A stretch of 64,000 nt of DNA. It comes from Rhodospirillaceae bacterium (GTDB lineage: Bacteria; Pseudomonadota; Alphaproteobacteria; GCA-2731375). Shown here one piece after another: positions 26,296-36,700 of the stretch. Both the position numbers and the translations under genes were made by a program. The notes beneath the pieces were generated by a model that was not told the DNA's origin, did not search any database, and saw only the letters and a program-made list of their open reading frames with translations. Positions within the stretch are counted from its first letter, which is position 1, and every line of letters begins with the position of its first letter. Location: positions 41,715 to 105,714 of the forward strand of contig JABIWH010000060.1 of the NCBI GenBank assembly GCA_018701215.1, in the 5' to 3' direction.

Positions 26296-28296
26296 TCAGG
26301 CCTCTTCTTCCATTGCCTCGATTTCAACAAGCAGGTCATCGGCGGCAACCTGGGTACCCGCGACGGCGGGTACGTCTTGTACCGTGCCGTCGATTTCCGC
26401 CAGAATATCGTGCTGCATCTTCATGGCCTCCAGCACGGCGAGGCGGCTGCCGATCCGCACTTCGTCGCCAGGTTTGACAAATACCTCCAGCAGGTTGCCG
26501 TGCATCGGCGCGACCACACGGCCGCCACCCACGGCCTCCTCGGCACTGGCGGCAAAGGCAATGCGGTTGCGGAAATGCAGGCTTTGTCCGGCCACCGACA
26601 GATCAAGCACGCCGGGGCTGGGGGCGGAATACATTACCGCCTCGCGCCGGCCATCGACGGTCAGCCGGGCCGTTGTCTCGCCGCAGTCGATCACCTCTAT
26701 CTGCAATTCGTCTTCGCCATGGTTCACGGTATAGGCGCCGTCACGGCCGGGATTGACCGTCAGATCCATCTCGCTCTCGTCGGATGCGTAGACGTAGCGG
26801 GTCAGCAAATGGCCGCCGCTGGACCAATCCATTAGGCCCGGGCTGACGTTCAGGCTGTTGGCGAAGGCCTGGCGCCGCTCGATGGTGAATTGTACCACCG
26901 CCGCCATCGCCGCCTGGGCAAAGGTGGGCGCGGCAACCGCCAGATCGGCCTCGGTGAACTCATCGCCGATGAAGGCCGTGGTTGCCTCGCCCTTGGCGAA
27001 GGCTTCCCGGCCCAGCACATCGATCAGAAAGCTTCGGTTGGTGGTGGAGCCGAACAGCGCCGTTTCCTTCAAGGCATTGATCAGGCGGTGGCGGGCAATT
27101 TCCCGGCTGTCGCCCCAGGCGATAACCTTGGCCACCATGGGATCATAGAACGGCGAGATTTCCATGCCCGTTTCAATGCCGGCATCAACCCGCACACCCT
27201 CGCCCGTGGCCGGCTGCCACAGATCGATGGCGCCCGTCACGGGCAGGAAGTCCTGGGCCGGGTCCTCGGCATACAGGCGGACCTCGATGGCGTGCCCGTT
27301 CAGGCTGATATCTTCCTGGCTCAATCCCAGGGGACGGCCTTCCGCCACCTGGATTTGCAGGGCGACCAGATCCAGGCCGGTGATCATTTCCGTTACCGGA
27401 TGCTCGACCTGCAGGCGGGTGTTCATTTCCAGGAAATAGAACTCGCCATTGCCATCAAGCAGGAACTCAACAGTGCCGGCGCCGCGATAATCGATACTAC
27501 GGGCGGCTTCCACCGCCGCCGCGCCCATACGGACACGCAGTTCCTCGGTCATAATTGGGCAGGGGGCTTCCTCCACCACCTTTTGATGCCGACGCTGCAC
27601 CGAGCAATCGCGCTCGCCCAGATGGATGACATTGCCAAGGGTATCGGCAAACACCTGCACCTCCACATGGCGCGGTTTAATGATGGCACGCTCCAGGATC
27701 AGCTCGTCGGAACCGAAGGCATTCAAGGCCTCGGAGCGGGCCGCGTTCAAGGCATCGGCGACGCCATCGGCCTTTTCCACCAGGCGCATGCCACGGCCAC
27801 CGCCCCCAGAAGCCGCCTTAACCATCAGGGGAAAGCCGATCTTGCCGGCGGCCTTCATCATGGCCGCGTCCGATTGATCCTCGCCCTCATAGCCTGGCAC
27901 GCAGGGTACATCGGCCTCGATCATGCGGCGTTTGGCCTCGGCCTTATTGCCCATTAGGTTGATGGCATCCGACGTGGGACCAATGAAAACCAGACCGGCT
28001 TTGTCGCAGGCTTCGGCAAAGGCGGCGTTCTCCGACATGAAGCCATAGCCCGGATGCACCGCCTGGGCGCCGCTATCTTTGACGGCCTTCAGAATACGGT
28101 CCATATCCAGATAGGACTCGCCCACCGGCGCCGGGCCGATCAGGACGGCGTCATCGGCCATCCTCACATGGGGCGCCTTGGCATCAGCCTCGGAATAAAC
28201 GGCGATCGCGCGGTAGCCCAGGGCCTGGGCCGTTCGCATTACACGCACCGCGATCTCGCCACGGTTGGCGACCAGAATAGAGTCGAATTTTCTCAT
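26296..28296 (-). CDS. acyl-CoA carboxylase alpha subunit (biotin carboxylase + BCCP), AtuF/LiuD (geranyl-/methylcrotonyl-CoA carboxylase)-like
   Basis: 666 aa with biotin carboxylase N-terminus (ILVANRGEIAVRV..T). C-terminal biotinyl-lysine motif LEAMKMQH. Confidence 0.9.
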   Translation of the reverse strand: MRKFDSILVANRGEIAVRVMRTAQALGYRAIAVYSEADAKAPHVRMADDAVLIGPAPVGESYLDMDRILKAVKDSGAQAVHPGYGFMSENAAFAEACDKAGLVFIGPTSDAINLMGNKAEAKRRMIEADVPCVPGYEGEDQSDAAMMKAAGKIGFPLMVKAASGGGGRGMRLVEKADGVADALNAARSEALNAFGSDELILERAIIKPRHVEVQVFADTLGNVIHLGERDCSVQRRHQKVVEEAPCPIMTEELRVRMGAAAVEAARSIDYRGAGTVEFLLDGNGEFYFLEMNTRLQVEHPVTEMITGLDLVALQIQVAEGRPLGLSQEDISLNGHAIEVRLYAEDPAQDFLPVTGAIDLWQPATGEGVRVDAGIETGMEISPFYDPMVAKVIAWGDSREIARHRLINALKETALFGSTTNRSFLIDVLGREAFAKGEATTAFIGDEFTEADLAVAAPTFAQAAMAAVVQFTIERRQAFANSLNVSPGLMDWSSGGHLLTRYVYASDESEMDLTVNPGRDGAYTVNHGEDELQIEVIDCGETTARLTVDGRREAVMYSAPSPGVLDLSVAGQSLHFRNRIAFAASAEEAVGGGRVVAPMHGNLLEVFVKPGDEVRIGSRLAVLEAMKMQHDILAEIDGTVQDVPAVAGTQVAADDLLVEIEAMEEEA

Positions 28297-28315
28297 GATA
28301 CTCTTTCTTCTCTAC

Positions 28316-29125
28316 TTATTTTTCGGCCCAGGCCGGTTTGCGTTTTTCCAGGAACGAGGCGACACCTTCGCGGCCCTCGTCACTCAGCATGCATTCGGCG
28401 AAGCCCTTGGCGGCGAAGTCCAACTGGCCTTCCCGGTCCAGATGGCGGGTGGCCAGGACAATGGCCTTGGTTATGGCGTTGGCGTTTGGCGCACAGCGCA
28501 TCACCGACTTTTGGACATCCGCCTGGATCTGGTCCAGACCGGCGGCGTCATCGACCACATAGTCGGCCAGGCCCAGTCGGCCGGCTTCCGCGCCATCAAA
28601 GCGCGATGCGGTGACCATCAGGCGCCGGGCGATGCGCAGGCCCAAACGTTGCGCCACGAAAGGCGCGATCTGCGCCGGCGGGATGCCAATGGCGGTTTCG
28701 GTCATGGCAAACTTAGCATCCTTGGTCACGGCAACAATGTCGGCGGTGCAGACCATGCCCAGACCGCCCGCCATGGCGGCACCCTCCACCAGGATCAGGA
28801 CGACCTGGGGCATCTCATTGATCAGATCGAACATCAAGCCGCCTTGGCGGGATGACGCGGCGATGTCTTCCGCGGTCTGGCTGCCGCCCTGATAGTTGTT
28901 CTTGAAGCCTTTCAAATCGCCGCCGGCACAAAAGACGCCGCCCTTGCCGCGCAAGGTAATGCCCCGGATGGTACGGTCGTCGCGGACCGCGTTCAGGACC
29001 GCCTTCAACTCCGTGGTCAGCTCTTTGGAGAGGGCGTTGCGGTTGTCCGGGCGATTGAACCAGATGGTCAGCCAGCCGTTGTCATTTTCCAGCAGAATGT
29101 TTTCCGTCTTGGGTAAAGTGGTCAT
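28316..29125 (-). CDS. enoyl-CoA hydratase (crotonase), AtuE/LiuC-like
   Basis: 269 aa crotonase fold with GG.F.AGGDL motif. Sits between the beta and alpha carboxylase subunits, as in atu/liu clusters. Confidence 0.85.
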   Translation of the reverse strand: MTTLPKTENILLENDNGWLTIWFNRPDNRNALSKELTTELKAVLNAVRDDRTIRGITLRGKGGVFCAGGDLKGFKNNYQGGSQTAEDIAASSRQGGLMFDLINEMPQVVLILVEGAAMAGGLGMVCTADIVAVTKDAKFAMTETAIGIPPAQIAPFVAQRLGLRIARRLMVTASRFDGAEAGRLGLADYVVDDAAGLDQIQADVQKSVMRCAPNANAITKAIVLATRHLDREGQLDFAAKGFAECMLSDEGREGVASFLEKRKPAWAEK

Positions 29126-29139
29126 CTCTCTCTCCTAGA

Positions 29140-30762
29140 TTACAGTCTGGCGACGCCGAAAGCGTTGGGGTGAAGGTCGCGGTTGCGGGCTTCCCAGCAG
29201 GTTTCCAGGGCGAAGCCCAGAACCCGGCGGGTATCGCGCGGATCGATCATGCCTTGATCAAGCAGCCTGCCAGAGGTGTAGAAGGCATCGGATTGGGCGT
29301 CGAAATGGGCGATCAGGCGGTCTTTTTGGGCTTTCAAGGCAGCTTCGTCGACCTCCTGCCCGCGCCGCTCGGCAGAGACGCGGGCCACCTGGTCCATGGT
29401 ATTGGCGGCCTGCTCGCCGCCCATCACGCCGGTCAGGGCGTTGGGCCAGGTGAACAGAAATTCCGGCTCGTAGCCATGCCCGCCCATGCCGTAATTGCCG
29501 GCGCCAAACGAGGCGCCGATATAAAGCGTGATTTTCGGGACGCGGACGTTGGAGACGGCCTGGATCATTTTCGAGCCATGCTTGACCATGCCGCCTTGCT
29601 CATATTCCTTGCCGACCATGTAGCCGGTGGTGTTGTTCAGGAAGATGATCGGGATGTTGGCCTGATCGCACAGCTGGAAGAACTGCCCGCCCTTGGTCGC
29701 ACCCGCCGGGTCAATGGGTCCGTTGTTGCCGATGATGCCGCAGGCATTGCCATAGATGCTGGCCTGCAGACAGACGGTGGAAACGCCGTAGCGGGGTTTG
29801 AAATCCTCAAAATCGGAATCATCGACGAACCGCGCCACCAGTTCCCGCACTTCATAGGGCTTGCGGTAGTCGGGGGGTACCAGGCCGGCGATTTCGTCCG
29901 CGCTGTAGCGCGGTTCGGCGAACTTTTTCAGCTTCGGGTCCGGGCAGCCCTTGTTCCAATCCAGCTTGGCAACCAGATTGCGGGCGATCAGCAGGCCGTG
30001 GGCGTCATCCTCCGCCGTGTATTCCACCAAACCCGAAATGGTCGCGTGCATATCGGTGCCGGCGAGTTCCTCTTCATCCGAAATCTCGCCGGTCGCGGCC
30101 CGTGTCAGCGCCGCGCCGCCCAGCGATGCCCGGCCCCGCCCCTTGATGGAGATGACATAGTCGCTCATCCCCGGCATGTAGGCACCGCCCGCCGTTGCCG
30201 GGCCATGCAGCACGGTGATGGTGGGAATTCCGGCCGCGCTCAACAGCGCACGGCGATAGAAGATGCCGCCGCCATGGGCCCAGGATTCCACCTGATACTG
30301 CATCAGATTGGCGCCGGCGCTTTCCACCAGGTGCACGAAGGGTAGCTTGTGGGTCCGCGCCACGTCGAGACAGGCACGCAGCTTTTCGCCTGATTTCTGG
30401 GTCGAGGCGCCGGCATTAATGCCACTGTCATCAACATAGACCAGACAGCGCACGCCGGAGATGAAGCCAATCCCGGCCAGCGATGAGGCGCCGGGAATGG
30501 ATTTTTCGCGATCATCGGTATCGACGCAATAATTGGCCAGGCTGTACAGCTCCAGGAACGGCATGCCCGGATCCAACAGCCGCGTGCGCCGCTCACGCGG
30601 GGTCAGCTGGCCGCGCTCTTCAAAGCGGGCGCGGCGTTTTTCCGACAGCGCCCGGGCCCGGTCCTTGATTTCACGATAGTCATCCATCAGGGACAGCATT
30701 TCCTGGCGGTTAGCCGTATAGGTGTCCGTGTTGGTGCTGAGTTTGGAAGCAAAAACGCTCAT
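29140..30762 (-). CDS. acyl-CoA carboxylase carboxyltransferase (beta) subunit, AtuC/LiuB-like
   Basis: 540 aa. Length and N-terminal region match methylcrotonyl-/geranyl-CoA carboxylase beta subunits. Confidence 0.85.
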   Translation of the reverse strand: MSVFASKLSTNTDTYTANRQEMLSLMDDYREIKDRARALSEKRRARFEERGQLTPRERRTRLLDPGMPFLELYSLANYCVDTDDREKSIPGASSLAGIGFISGVRCLVYVDDSGINAGASTQKSGEKLRACLDVARTHKLPFVHLVESAGANLMQYQVESWAHGGGIFYRRALLSAAGIPTITVLHGPATAGGAYMPGMSDYVISIKGRGRASLGGAALTRAATGEISDEEELAGTDMHATISGLVEYTAEDDAHGLLIARNLVAKLDWNKGCPDPKLKKFAEPRYSADEIAGLVPPDYRKPYEVRELVARFVDDSDFEDFKPRYGVSTVCLQASIYGNACGIIGNNGPIDPAGATKGGQFFQLCDQANIPIIFLNNTTGYMVGKEYEQGGMVKHGSKMIQAVSNVRVPKITLYIGASFGAGNYGMGGHGYEPEFLFTWPNALTGVMGGEQAANTMDQVARVSAERRGQEVDEAALKAQKDRLIAHFDAQSDAFYTSGRLLDQGMIDPRDTRRVLGFALETCWEARNRDLHPNAFGVARL

Positions 30763-32550
30763 CTAAAGGTTCTCCGCCATGGCTTTTGGTATCGAAATTG
30801 GATGGTCCAGCAAAATTTGCGCATAGCCCTTGCCCTGGGCATCGCTGCGCAGAGAGGCGACGCCGCCGCCGCCCAGGATCTCGTCCATCAGGAAGTTGAT
30901 CGCGTTGGAACCGGGCATCAGGAAACGCTCCGTCTCCCCCTCCAAAAAATGCGAGAAGCGGCCCGAAACCACGCCTTCGCTCAACGCGGCCCAGATATAG
31001 GGCAGATAATCCGCCTGGCGGGCGATGATGCCCACATTGGCCTTGTTACCCTTGTCGCCGCTGCGGCCCCAGGCCAGATCGATCAGGGGAACGTCCACCA
31101 TCTCGCCGTCATTGGCGGGGGCGGCGGGATCGCTTGGACGCTGGATCATGCCGTCCGCGAAAGTCTCGGTGATGGAACGCGCGAAGGTCAGCTCCCGGTC
31201 GCCAAAGTCGATCTGGATGCTCAGGTCGTCCTTGGGGATCAGGAAGGAAAACAGTCGTACCACGGGCGAAGGCTTGGCCCGGGCACCGGAAAAGCCTGAC
31301 AAACCGGGTGGTGTCGCCAGGCCCATGCCGGTAGCTTCCTTCAACAAAATGCCGATACCGGCCTGTTCGGGATGCTTGGCGGCGAATTTCAGAACCACTT
31401 CCCTGGCGCCGCTGATCCGGCGATGTTCGCCGAACTGGCTTTCCGCGCCCAGGATCTCGACGCTGGTTTCGGTAAAATCACCCAAGTTCGAGGCCCGCAG
31501 TGCCGTACTCGCCCGCTTGAAGGCGTTCTTGGCAAAACCGCGCGCTTTCTTGTCGGCGTCGACGCCATAAAAGGTCATCAGCGTGCCGCCGCGCCAGCCG
31601 TCGCCATAGGTGGCGGAGACCTTGTAACTGTCCGTCGCGGGATAGCCCTTGGCGCCCGCCACATGGACGCGATCTTCGGCAGCCTGGGTGATTTTCACGG
31701 CGGAGAAATCACAGACCACATCGGGTACGATATAGGCCTGGGGGTCGCCAATTTCATAGATCATCTGTTCCGAGACCGTGCCCACGGATACCGTGCCGCC
31801 GGTGCCGTCAACCTTGACCACATCGAAGCTGCCGTCGGCGGAAACCTCGCCGATGGGATAGCCGACAATGTCCATGTTATCGACCACCAGATGCCAGTCG
31901 GTGAAATTGCCGCCCGTGGCCTGGGGGCCGCATTCCAGCAGATGGCCAGCTAATGTTCCGCCCGAAAGCTTGTCCCATTCCTTGGCACTCCAGCCGAATT
32001 CGTGGATGCAGGCACCCAAGGTCACGGCGCTGTCCACCGAACGTCCGGTAATGACGATGTCGGCGCCCTCGTCCAACGCCTGGGCAATGGGAAAAGCGCC
32101 CAGGTAGGCGTTGACGCTGGCCATGCGGGCGGGATCGGGGAAGCTTTCGCCAGAGAACATTTCGGTCGGTGAAAGGTTATCCTTTTGCCCGATCAGATCA
32201 TCGCCCAGGACCACCGCCACTTTCAGATCCAGGCCCTGGTCCGAGATCAGCGCGCGCACTGCCTCGCCACAGGCGCGGGGATTGACGCCGCCGGCATTGG
32301 AGATGATCTTGACGCCCTGCTTGGCGATCTCGGCCAAATTCTGTTTCATCACTACAGAGACAAAGTCACGGGCATAGCCGGCTTGTGGGTCTTTCGTCCG
32401 AGCCCGGGCCATGATCGACATGGTGATCTCGGCCAGGTAGTCATAGACGATATAGTCGATGCCGCCTGCCTTGAGGAACTGCGGCGTGGCCATGCCGCTA
32501 TCGCCCCAATAGCCGCTGGCACCGCCGATGCGGATGATCTTGTCGCTCAT
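30763..32550 (-). CDS. AtuA-like protein (acyclic terpene utilisation family, DUF1446 + C-terminal domain), biochemical function unknown
   Basis: 595 aa, same length class as Pseudomonas AtuA. Begins IRIGGASGYWGDS.......L.....IDY.V.DYLAE. Its stop abuts the carboxyltransferase start. Confidence 0.7.
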   Translation of the reverse strand: MSDKIIRIGGASGYWGDSGMATPQFLKAGGIDYIVYDYLAEITMSIMARARTKDPQAGYARDFVSVVMKQNLAEIAKQGVKIISNAGGVNPRACGEAVRALISDQGLDLKVAVVLGDDLIGQKDNLSPTEMFSGESFPDPARMASVNAYLGAFPIAQALDEGADIVITGRSVDSAVTLGACIHEFGWSAKEWDKLSGGTLAGHLLECGPQATGGNFTDWHLVVDNMDIVGYPIGEVSADGSFDVVKVDGTGGTVSVGTVSEQMIYEIGDPQAYIVPDVVCDFSAVKITQAAEDRVHVAGAKGYPATDSYKVSATYGDGWRGGTLMTFYGVDADKKARGFAKNAFKRASTALRASNLGDFTETSVEILGAESQFGEHRRISGAREVVLKFAAKHPEQAGIGILLKEATGMGLATPPGLSGFSGARAKPSPVVRLFSFLIPKDDLSIQIDFGDRELTFARSITETFADGMIQRPSDPAAPANDGEMVDVPLIDLAWGRSGDKGNKANVGIIARQADYLPYIWAALSEGVVSGRFSHFLEGETERFLMPGSNAINFLMDEILGGGGVASLRSDAQGKGYAQILLDHPISIPKAMAENL

Positions 32551-32553
32551 GAT

Positions 32554-33741
32554 CTAGTTCCTTTCATTGGCATGGCCCTTGGAATTCTTCCGGCCCGGAT
32601 GGATGCCCAGGGATTTCGCCACCACTTCCAGCATGATCTCGTTGGCGCCGCCGCCGATGGCGGTCTGGCGAATGTCGCGGAAAGCGCGGGAAATCCAGTT
32701 TTCGTTCATCACCCCCTGGCCGCCCCAGAATTGCAGGCATTCGCTGGGGATACTCATGGACATCTTGCCCACCATATATTTTGCCATTGATGCCAGCTTG
32801 GTCACGTCCTCGCCCGCCATGTAAGCATCCGTTGCGCGGTAGAGTAAGGCACGCGCGGCCTCGACCTCCGTCTGCATGGCGGATAGCTTGTGATAGACCG
32901 ATTGATTGCTGAGCACGGACTGGCCAAAGACCTGGCGCTGGGAGGCATACTCAATGGTTTCCTCAATGCACATTTCCATGGCGCGCAAGCCGCGGGCGGT
33001 AACGAACATGCGCTCTTCCTGGAACTGAGCCATCTGATAGATGAAGCCCTGGCCTTCCTCGCCGATCAGATTGCGGGCCGGCACGCGGACATCGTCAAAG
33101 AACAGCTCGGCGGTATCGGAACAGCGCAGCACCAACTTATCCAACTTGCGGGAAACGCTGACACCCTTGGTTTTTAACGGCACCACGATCAGGGATTTGT
33201 TCCTGTGCGGTCCGCCCTGCTCGGAGGTATTCACCAACAGACAGATCCAGTCACCCTGGATACCGTTGGTGATCCACATTTTCGAACCATTGATGACATA
33301 GTCGCCACCGTCACGGCGCGCGGTGGTCTTGATCTTGGAGACATCGGAGCCCGCATGGCCTTCGCTAACGCCAATGCAGCCGACCAGCTCGCCGGCAATG
33401 GTGGGTACCAGGAATTCCTGCTTCAAGGCCTCGCTACCATGGGCCAGCAGCGCCGGGGTGCACATGGTGGTCTGCACGCCAAGCGCGGTGCCGATGCCGG
33501 ACGAGCGGATGTTGCCCAGGGTCTCGGCAAACAGCATCTCGAACGAGAAATCCAGATCCAGGCCGCCATACTGTTCCGGCTTGCCAATGCCCAGCAGGCC
33601 GGCCTCGGCGAATTTCTTCATCACCTGATGGGCCGGAAAGATCTGATCCCGCTCCCATTCGTCGAGATCGGGATGGATGTGTTCCTCAATCAGCTTCACC
33701 GTGGTGCGCTGCATCTCGTGATGTTCATGGCTCAACTGCAT
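32554..33741 (-). CDS. acyl-CoA dehydrogenase (tandem paralogue 2)
   Basis: ~395 aa from the internal ATG (MQLSHEHHEM...). The upstream 61 codons are Arg/His-rich, non-coding-like. ~75% identical to the neighbouring ACAD. Confidence 0.85.
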   Translation of the reverse strand: MQLSHEHHEMQRTTVKLIEEHIHPDLDEWERDQIFPAHQVMKKFAEAGLLGIGKPEQYGGLDLDFSFEMLFAETLGNIRSSGIGTALGVQTTMCTPALLAHGSEALKQEFLVPTIAGELVGCIGVSEGHAGSDVSKIKTTARRDGGDYVINGSKMWITNGIQGDWICLLVNTSEQGGPHRNKSLIVVPLKTKGVSVSRKLDKLVLRCSDTAELFFDDVRVPARNLIGEEGQGFIYQMAQFQEERMFVTARGLRAMEMCIEETIEYASQRQVFGQSVLSNQSVYHKLSAMQTEVEAARALLYRATDAYMAGEDVTKLASMAKYMVGKMSMSIPSECLQFWGGQGVMNENWISRAFRDIRQTAIGGGANEIMLEVVAKSLGIHPGRKNSKGHANERN

Positions 33742-33758
33742 GGTTGTTCGCCCTGGGC

Positions 33759-34934
33759 CTAACGCTTGCTGCGTTTGCCGGGATGGATGCCCATGGATTT
33801 GGCGATCACTTCCAGCATGATTTCGCTGGCGCCGCCGCCGATGGCGGTGACCCGCATGTCCCGGTAGGCGCGGGAGACATAGTTTTCGTTCATCACCCCC
33901 TGGCCGCCCCAGAACTGCATGCATTCGGTGGGGACTTTCAGGGCCAGCTTGCCGATCATGTACTTGCCCATGGAGGCGAGCTTAGTGACGTCCTCGCCCG
34001 CCAGATAGCGTTCGGCGGCTTGATACAGCACGGCGCGGCAGGCTTCCACCTCGGTATGTAGCTCCGCCAGCTTGTGATAGACGACCTGGTTATCGCGCAC
34101 GGGTATATCGAAGACCTGGCGCTGGCCGGTGTACTCGATGGTGTCCTCGATCACCATGTCCAACACGCGCAGGCCCCGGGCCACGGCAAACATGCGTTCC
34201 TCCTGGAACTGTTCCATCTGATAGGTGAAGCCCATGTTTTCTTCGCCGATGCGGTTCCCCACGGGCACGCGGACGTCGTCGAAGAACAATTCGGCGGTGT
34301 CGGAACAGACCAGTCCCAGCTTGTCCAGCTTGCGCGAGACGCTAACGCCCTTAGCCTTCAAGGGCACCACGATCAGGGATTTGTTGCGGTGGCGCCCCCC
34401 AGAGGAGCTGTCGGTAGATGTATTCGCCAGCAGGCAAATCCAGTCGCCCTGGACACCGTTGGTGATCCACATTTTCGAGCCGTTAATGATGTAGTCGTCG
34501 CCGTCGCGCCGCGCCGTGGTTTTGATCTGGGCCACGTCGGAACCGGCGGACAATTCGCTGACACCGATGCAGCCGACCAACTCGCCCGCGATGGTCGGCG
34601 CCAGATAGTTCCGCTTCAACTCGTCATTGCCGTGCTGGGCCAGGGCCGGGGTGCACATGGTGGTCTGCACTCCGATGGAGGTGGAAACACCGTTGGCGCG
34701 GATATTGCCCAGGGCCTCGGCGAAGACCATTTCATAGGAGAAATCCAAATCCAGGCCACCGAATTCCGCCGGCTTGCCGATACCCAACAGGCCGGCCTCG
34801 GCGAAGATTTTCATCACATCGTGGGCCGGATAGATCTCGGCCTTTTCCCATTCATCCACATACGGGTTGATGTGCTCGGCGACGATCCGTTCCGTGGTCC
34901 GGGCCAGTTCCTGGTGCTGTTGGGTGAAAAGCAT
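33759..34934 (-). CDS. acyl-CoA dehydrogenase (tandem paralogue 1)
   Basis: 391 aa ACAD, co-linear paralogue of 32554..33741. Confidence 0.9.
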   Translation of the reverse strand: MLFTQQHQELARTTERIVAEHINPYVDEWEKAEIYPAHDVMKIFAEAGLLGIGKPAEFGGLDLDFSYEMVFAEALGNIRANGVSTSIGVQTTMCTPALAQHGNDELKRNYLAPTIAGELVGCIGVSELSAGSDVAQIKTTARRDGDDYIINGSKMWITNGVQGDWICLLANTSTDSSSGGRHRNKSLIVVPLKAKGVSVSRKLDKLGLVCSDTAELFFDDVRVPVGNRIGEENMGFTYQMEQFQEERMFAVARGLRVLDMVIEDTIEYTGQRQVFDIPVRDNQVVYHKLAELHTEVEACRAVLYQAAERYLAGEDVTKLASMGKYMIGKLALKVPTECMQFWGGQGVMNENYVSRAYRDMRVTAIGGGASEIMLEVIAKSMGIHPGKRSKR

Positions 34935-34948
34935 GTTGCGTGCGGCTC

Positions 34949-36595
34949 CTATCCGTCCCCGGTCAGTTTGTAATCGGCAAAGGCTTCGCGCAGTTTCAGT
35001 TTATAGATCTTGCCCGTGCCCGTATGGGGCAGCTCGTCCAAAAATTCGACCGCATCAGGCAACCACCAACTCGCCACCTTTTCACGTAGATAGTCGAGGA
35101 TCTGCTGATCTGTAATCTGGCTGTCGGGCATCCGTACCGCAATCAGCAAGGGGCGTTCCTGCCATTTCGGATGCTCCACCGCAATCACGGCGGCCTCGGC
35201 GATCTCCGGGTGGCCCATGGCGGCATTTTCCAGCTCGACCGAGCTGATCCACTCGCCACCGGATTTGATCACGTCCTTGGAGCGGTCCGCCAATTCCACA
35301 TAGCCGTTGGCATGCAGCAGCGCCACATCACCCGTATGCAGCCAGCCACCGACCACGCCAGTGGCACCGGTCAGGCCGTCCTGTTTCATATAGCCCGACG
35401 CCACGGTCGGTCCGCGCACCAATAGATGGCCCTGGGCAACGCCGTCCTTGGGCAGTTCGTTGCCGTCGTCATCGATAATTCTGAACTTGGAGCCAAAGGC
35501 CTGGCGCCCGCCGTACTGATAGGCGTCCAGCTTGGCCGCATCATCGGGCTCGGTGCTGCCGCCCAAGGGCGAGAACTTGGTCGACGACAGCGCCTCCGTC
35601 ATGCCCCAGCCTTGCATGGGCTCGACGCCAAAGTCCTGCAACAGGCTTTCCTGCAGGGCGCGCGGCGGTTTCGAGCCGCTCATCACCGTGCCCCGCAAAT
35701 GGCTGAAGCGCTTGCCGGTTTCCTTCATATGGTTCAGCAGGATCATCCAGATGGTCGGCACGCCAAAACACAGCGTGACGCCTTCGCTTTCCATTATTTC
35801 GTACAGTTTTTCCGGTTCGTACTCTCGGCCGGGCAGAACCAGGTTGTAACCCATCATCGGCGCGGTAAAGGGCGTCTGCCAGCCATTGCCATGAAACAAC
35901 GGCGCCATGGGCATGAAGACTTCGCGCAGGCCGGTTTTAAAACCGGAGATATTGTCGCCGAGCATTTGCATGAATGCGGTCAGGATGGTCGAACGGTGGC
36001 TATAAACCACGCCCTTTGGGTTGCCGGTAGTTCCGGATGTGTAACAAATTGTTGAGGCCTTGCGTTCATCGAACTCCGGCCATTCATAGTCGCCGTCCTC
36101 CGCCGCCAGCAGGTCCTCGTAGAATTCGACCCTGGACAGGTTCAAATCGTCCGGCAATTCGTCCCGGCCACCGAAAAAGATATAGCCGCGCACCGTTGTC
36201 AGTTCCGGCGCCAGATCCCTGATCAGATCAGCACAACCGGCGTCAAAAGCCAGCCAGGCGTCCTCCGCATGGTTGGCGATATAAACCAATTGTTCATGGA
36301 ACAGGCGTGGGTTGATGGTGTGCAGCACCCCGCCCATGCCGGGGACGCCATAGAACATTTCGAAATACTGCCGGGTATTCCAGGCCAGGGCGCCGACCCG
36401 TTCGCCGTCTTTGACGCCCAGTTTTTCCAGGGCCTGGGCCAATTTCTTGCAGCGGACTTGCGCATCCCGATAGGTGTAGCGGTGGATCTTGCCATCCAGC
36501 TCCCGGCTGGCGACTTCGCGGTCGCCATGGCACTCGGCGGCGTAATCGATCATGGACGAAACCAGCAGCGGCACATCCATCATTAAACCCTGCAT
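34949..36595 (-). CDS. AMP-dependent acyl-CoA synthetase/ligase (AtuH-like position)
   Basis: 548 aa with adenylation motif [12 protein letters not shown] and C-terminal GE. Precedes the ACADs on the same strand. Confidence 0.85.
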   Translation of the reverse strand: MQGLMMDVPLLVSSMIDYAAECHGDREVASRELDGKIHRYTYRDAQVRCKKLAQALEKLGVKDGERVGALAWNTRQYFEMFYGVPGMGGVLHTINPRLFHEQLVYIANHAEDAWLAFDAGCADLIRDLAPELTTVRGYIFFGGRDELPDDLNLSRVEFYEDLLAAEDGDYEWPEFDERKASTICYTSGTTGNPKGVVYSHRSTILTAFMQMLGDNISGFKTGLREVFMPMAPLFHGNGWQTPFTAPMMGYNLVLPGREYEPEKLYEIMESEGVTLCFGVPTIWMILLNHMKETGKRFSHLRGTVMSGSKPPRALQESLLQDFGVEPMQGWGMTEALSSTKFSPLGGSTEPDDAAKLDAYQYGGRQAFGSKFRIIDDDGNELPKDGVAQGHLLVRGPTVASGYMKQDGLTGATGVVGGWLHTGDVALLHANGYVELADRSKDVIKSGGEWISSVELENAAMGHPEIAEAAVIAVEHPKWQERPLLIAVRMPDSQITDQQILDYLREKVASWWLPDAVEFLDELPHTGTGKIYKLKLREAFADYKLTGDG

Positions 36596-36616
36596 CGCGC
36601 ATCCTCCCAGAAAGCA

Positions 36617-36650
36617 ATTTACCTTGTAAATGAAGCATATTCATATATAC
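36617..36650. promoter_or_regulatory. AT-rich divergent promoter with two short inverted repeats (TTTAC-N3-GTAAA; ATGAA-N5-TTCAT), candidate TetR operator
   Basis: Read from sequence in the 105-bp ligase/ACAD intergenic region. Weak and imperfect. Confidence 0.25.
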
Positions 36651-36700
36651 TGAGTCAAGATCATTATTCCTTTCGCCCGCCAAGAGTTGGAGAGAATGAG

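Noticed and set aside
26890-27957. 355-aa plus-strand ORF opposite the biotin carboxylase alpha subunit gene, and 29170..30345 opposite the carboxyltransferase gene
   Set aside because: Antisense shadows. The minus-strand genes carry unambiguous carboxylase motifs.
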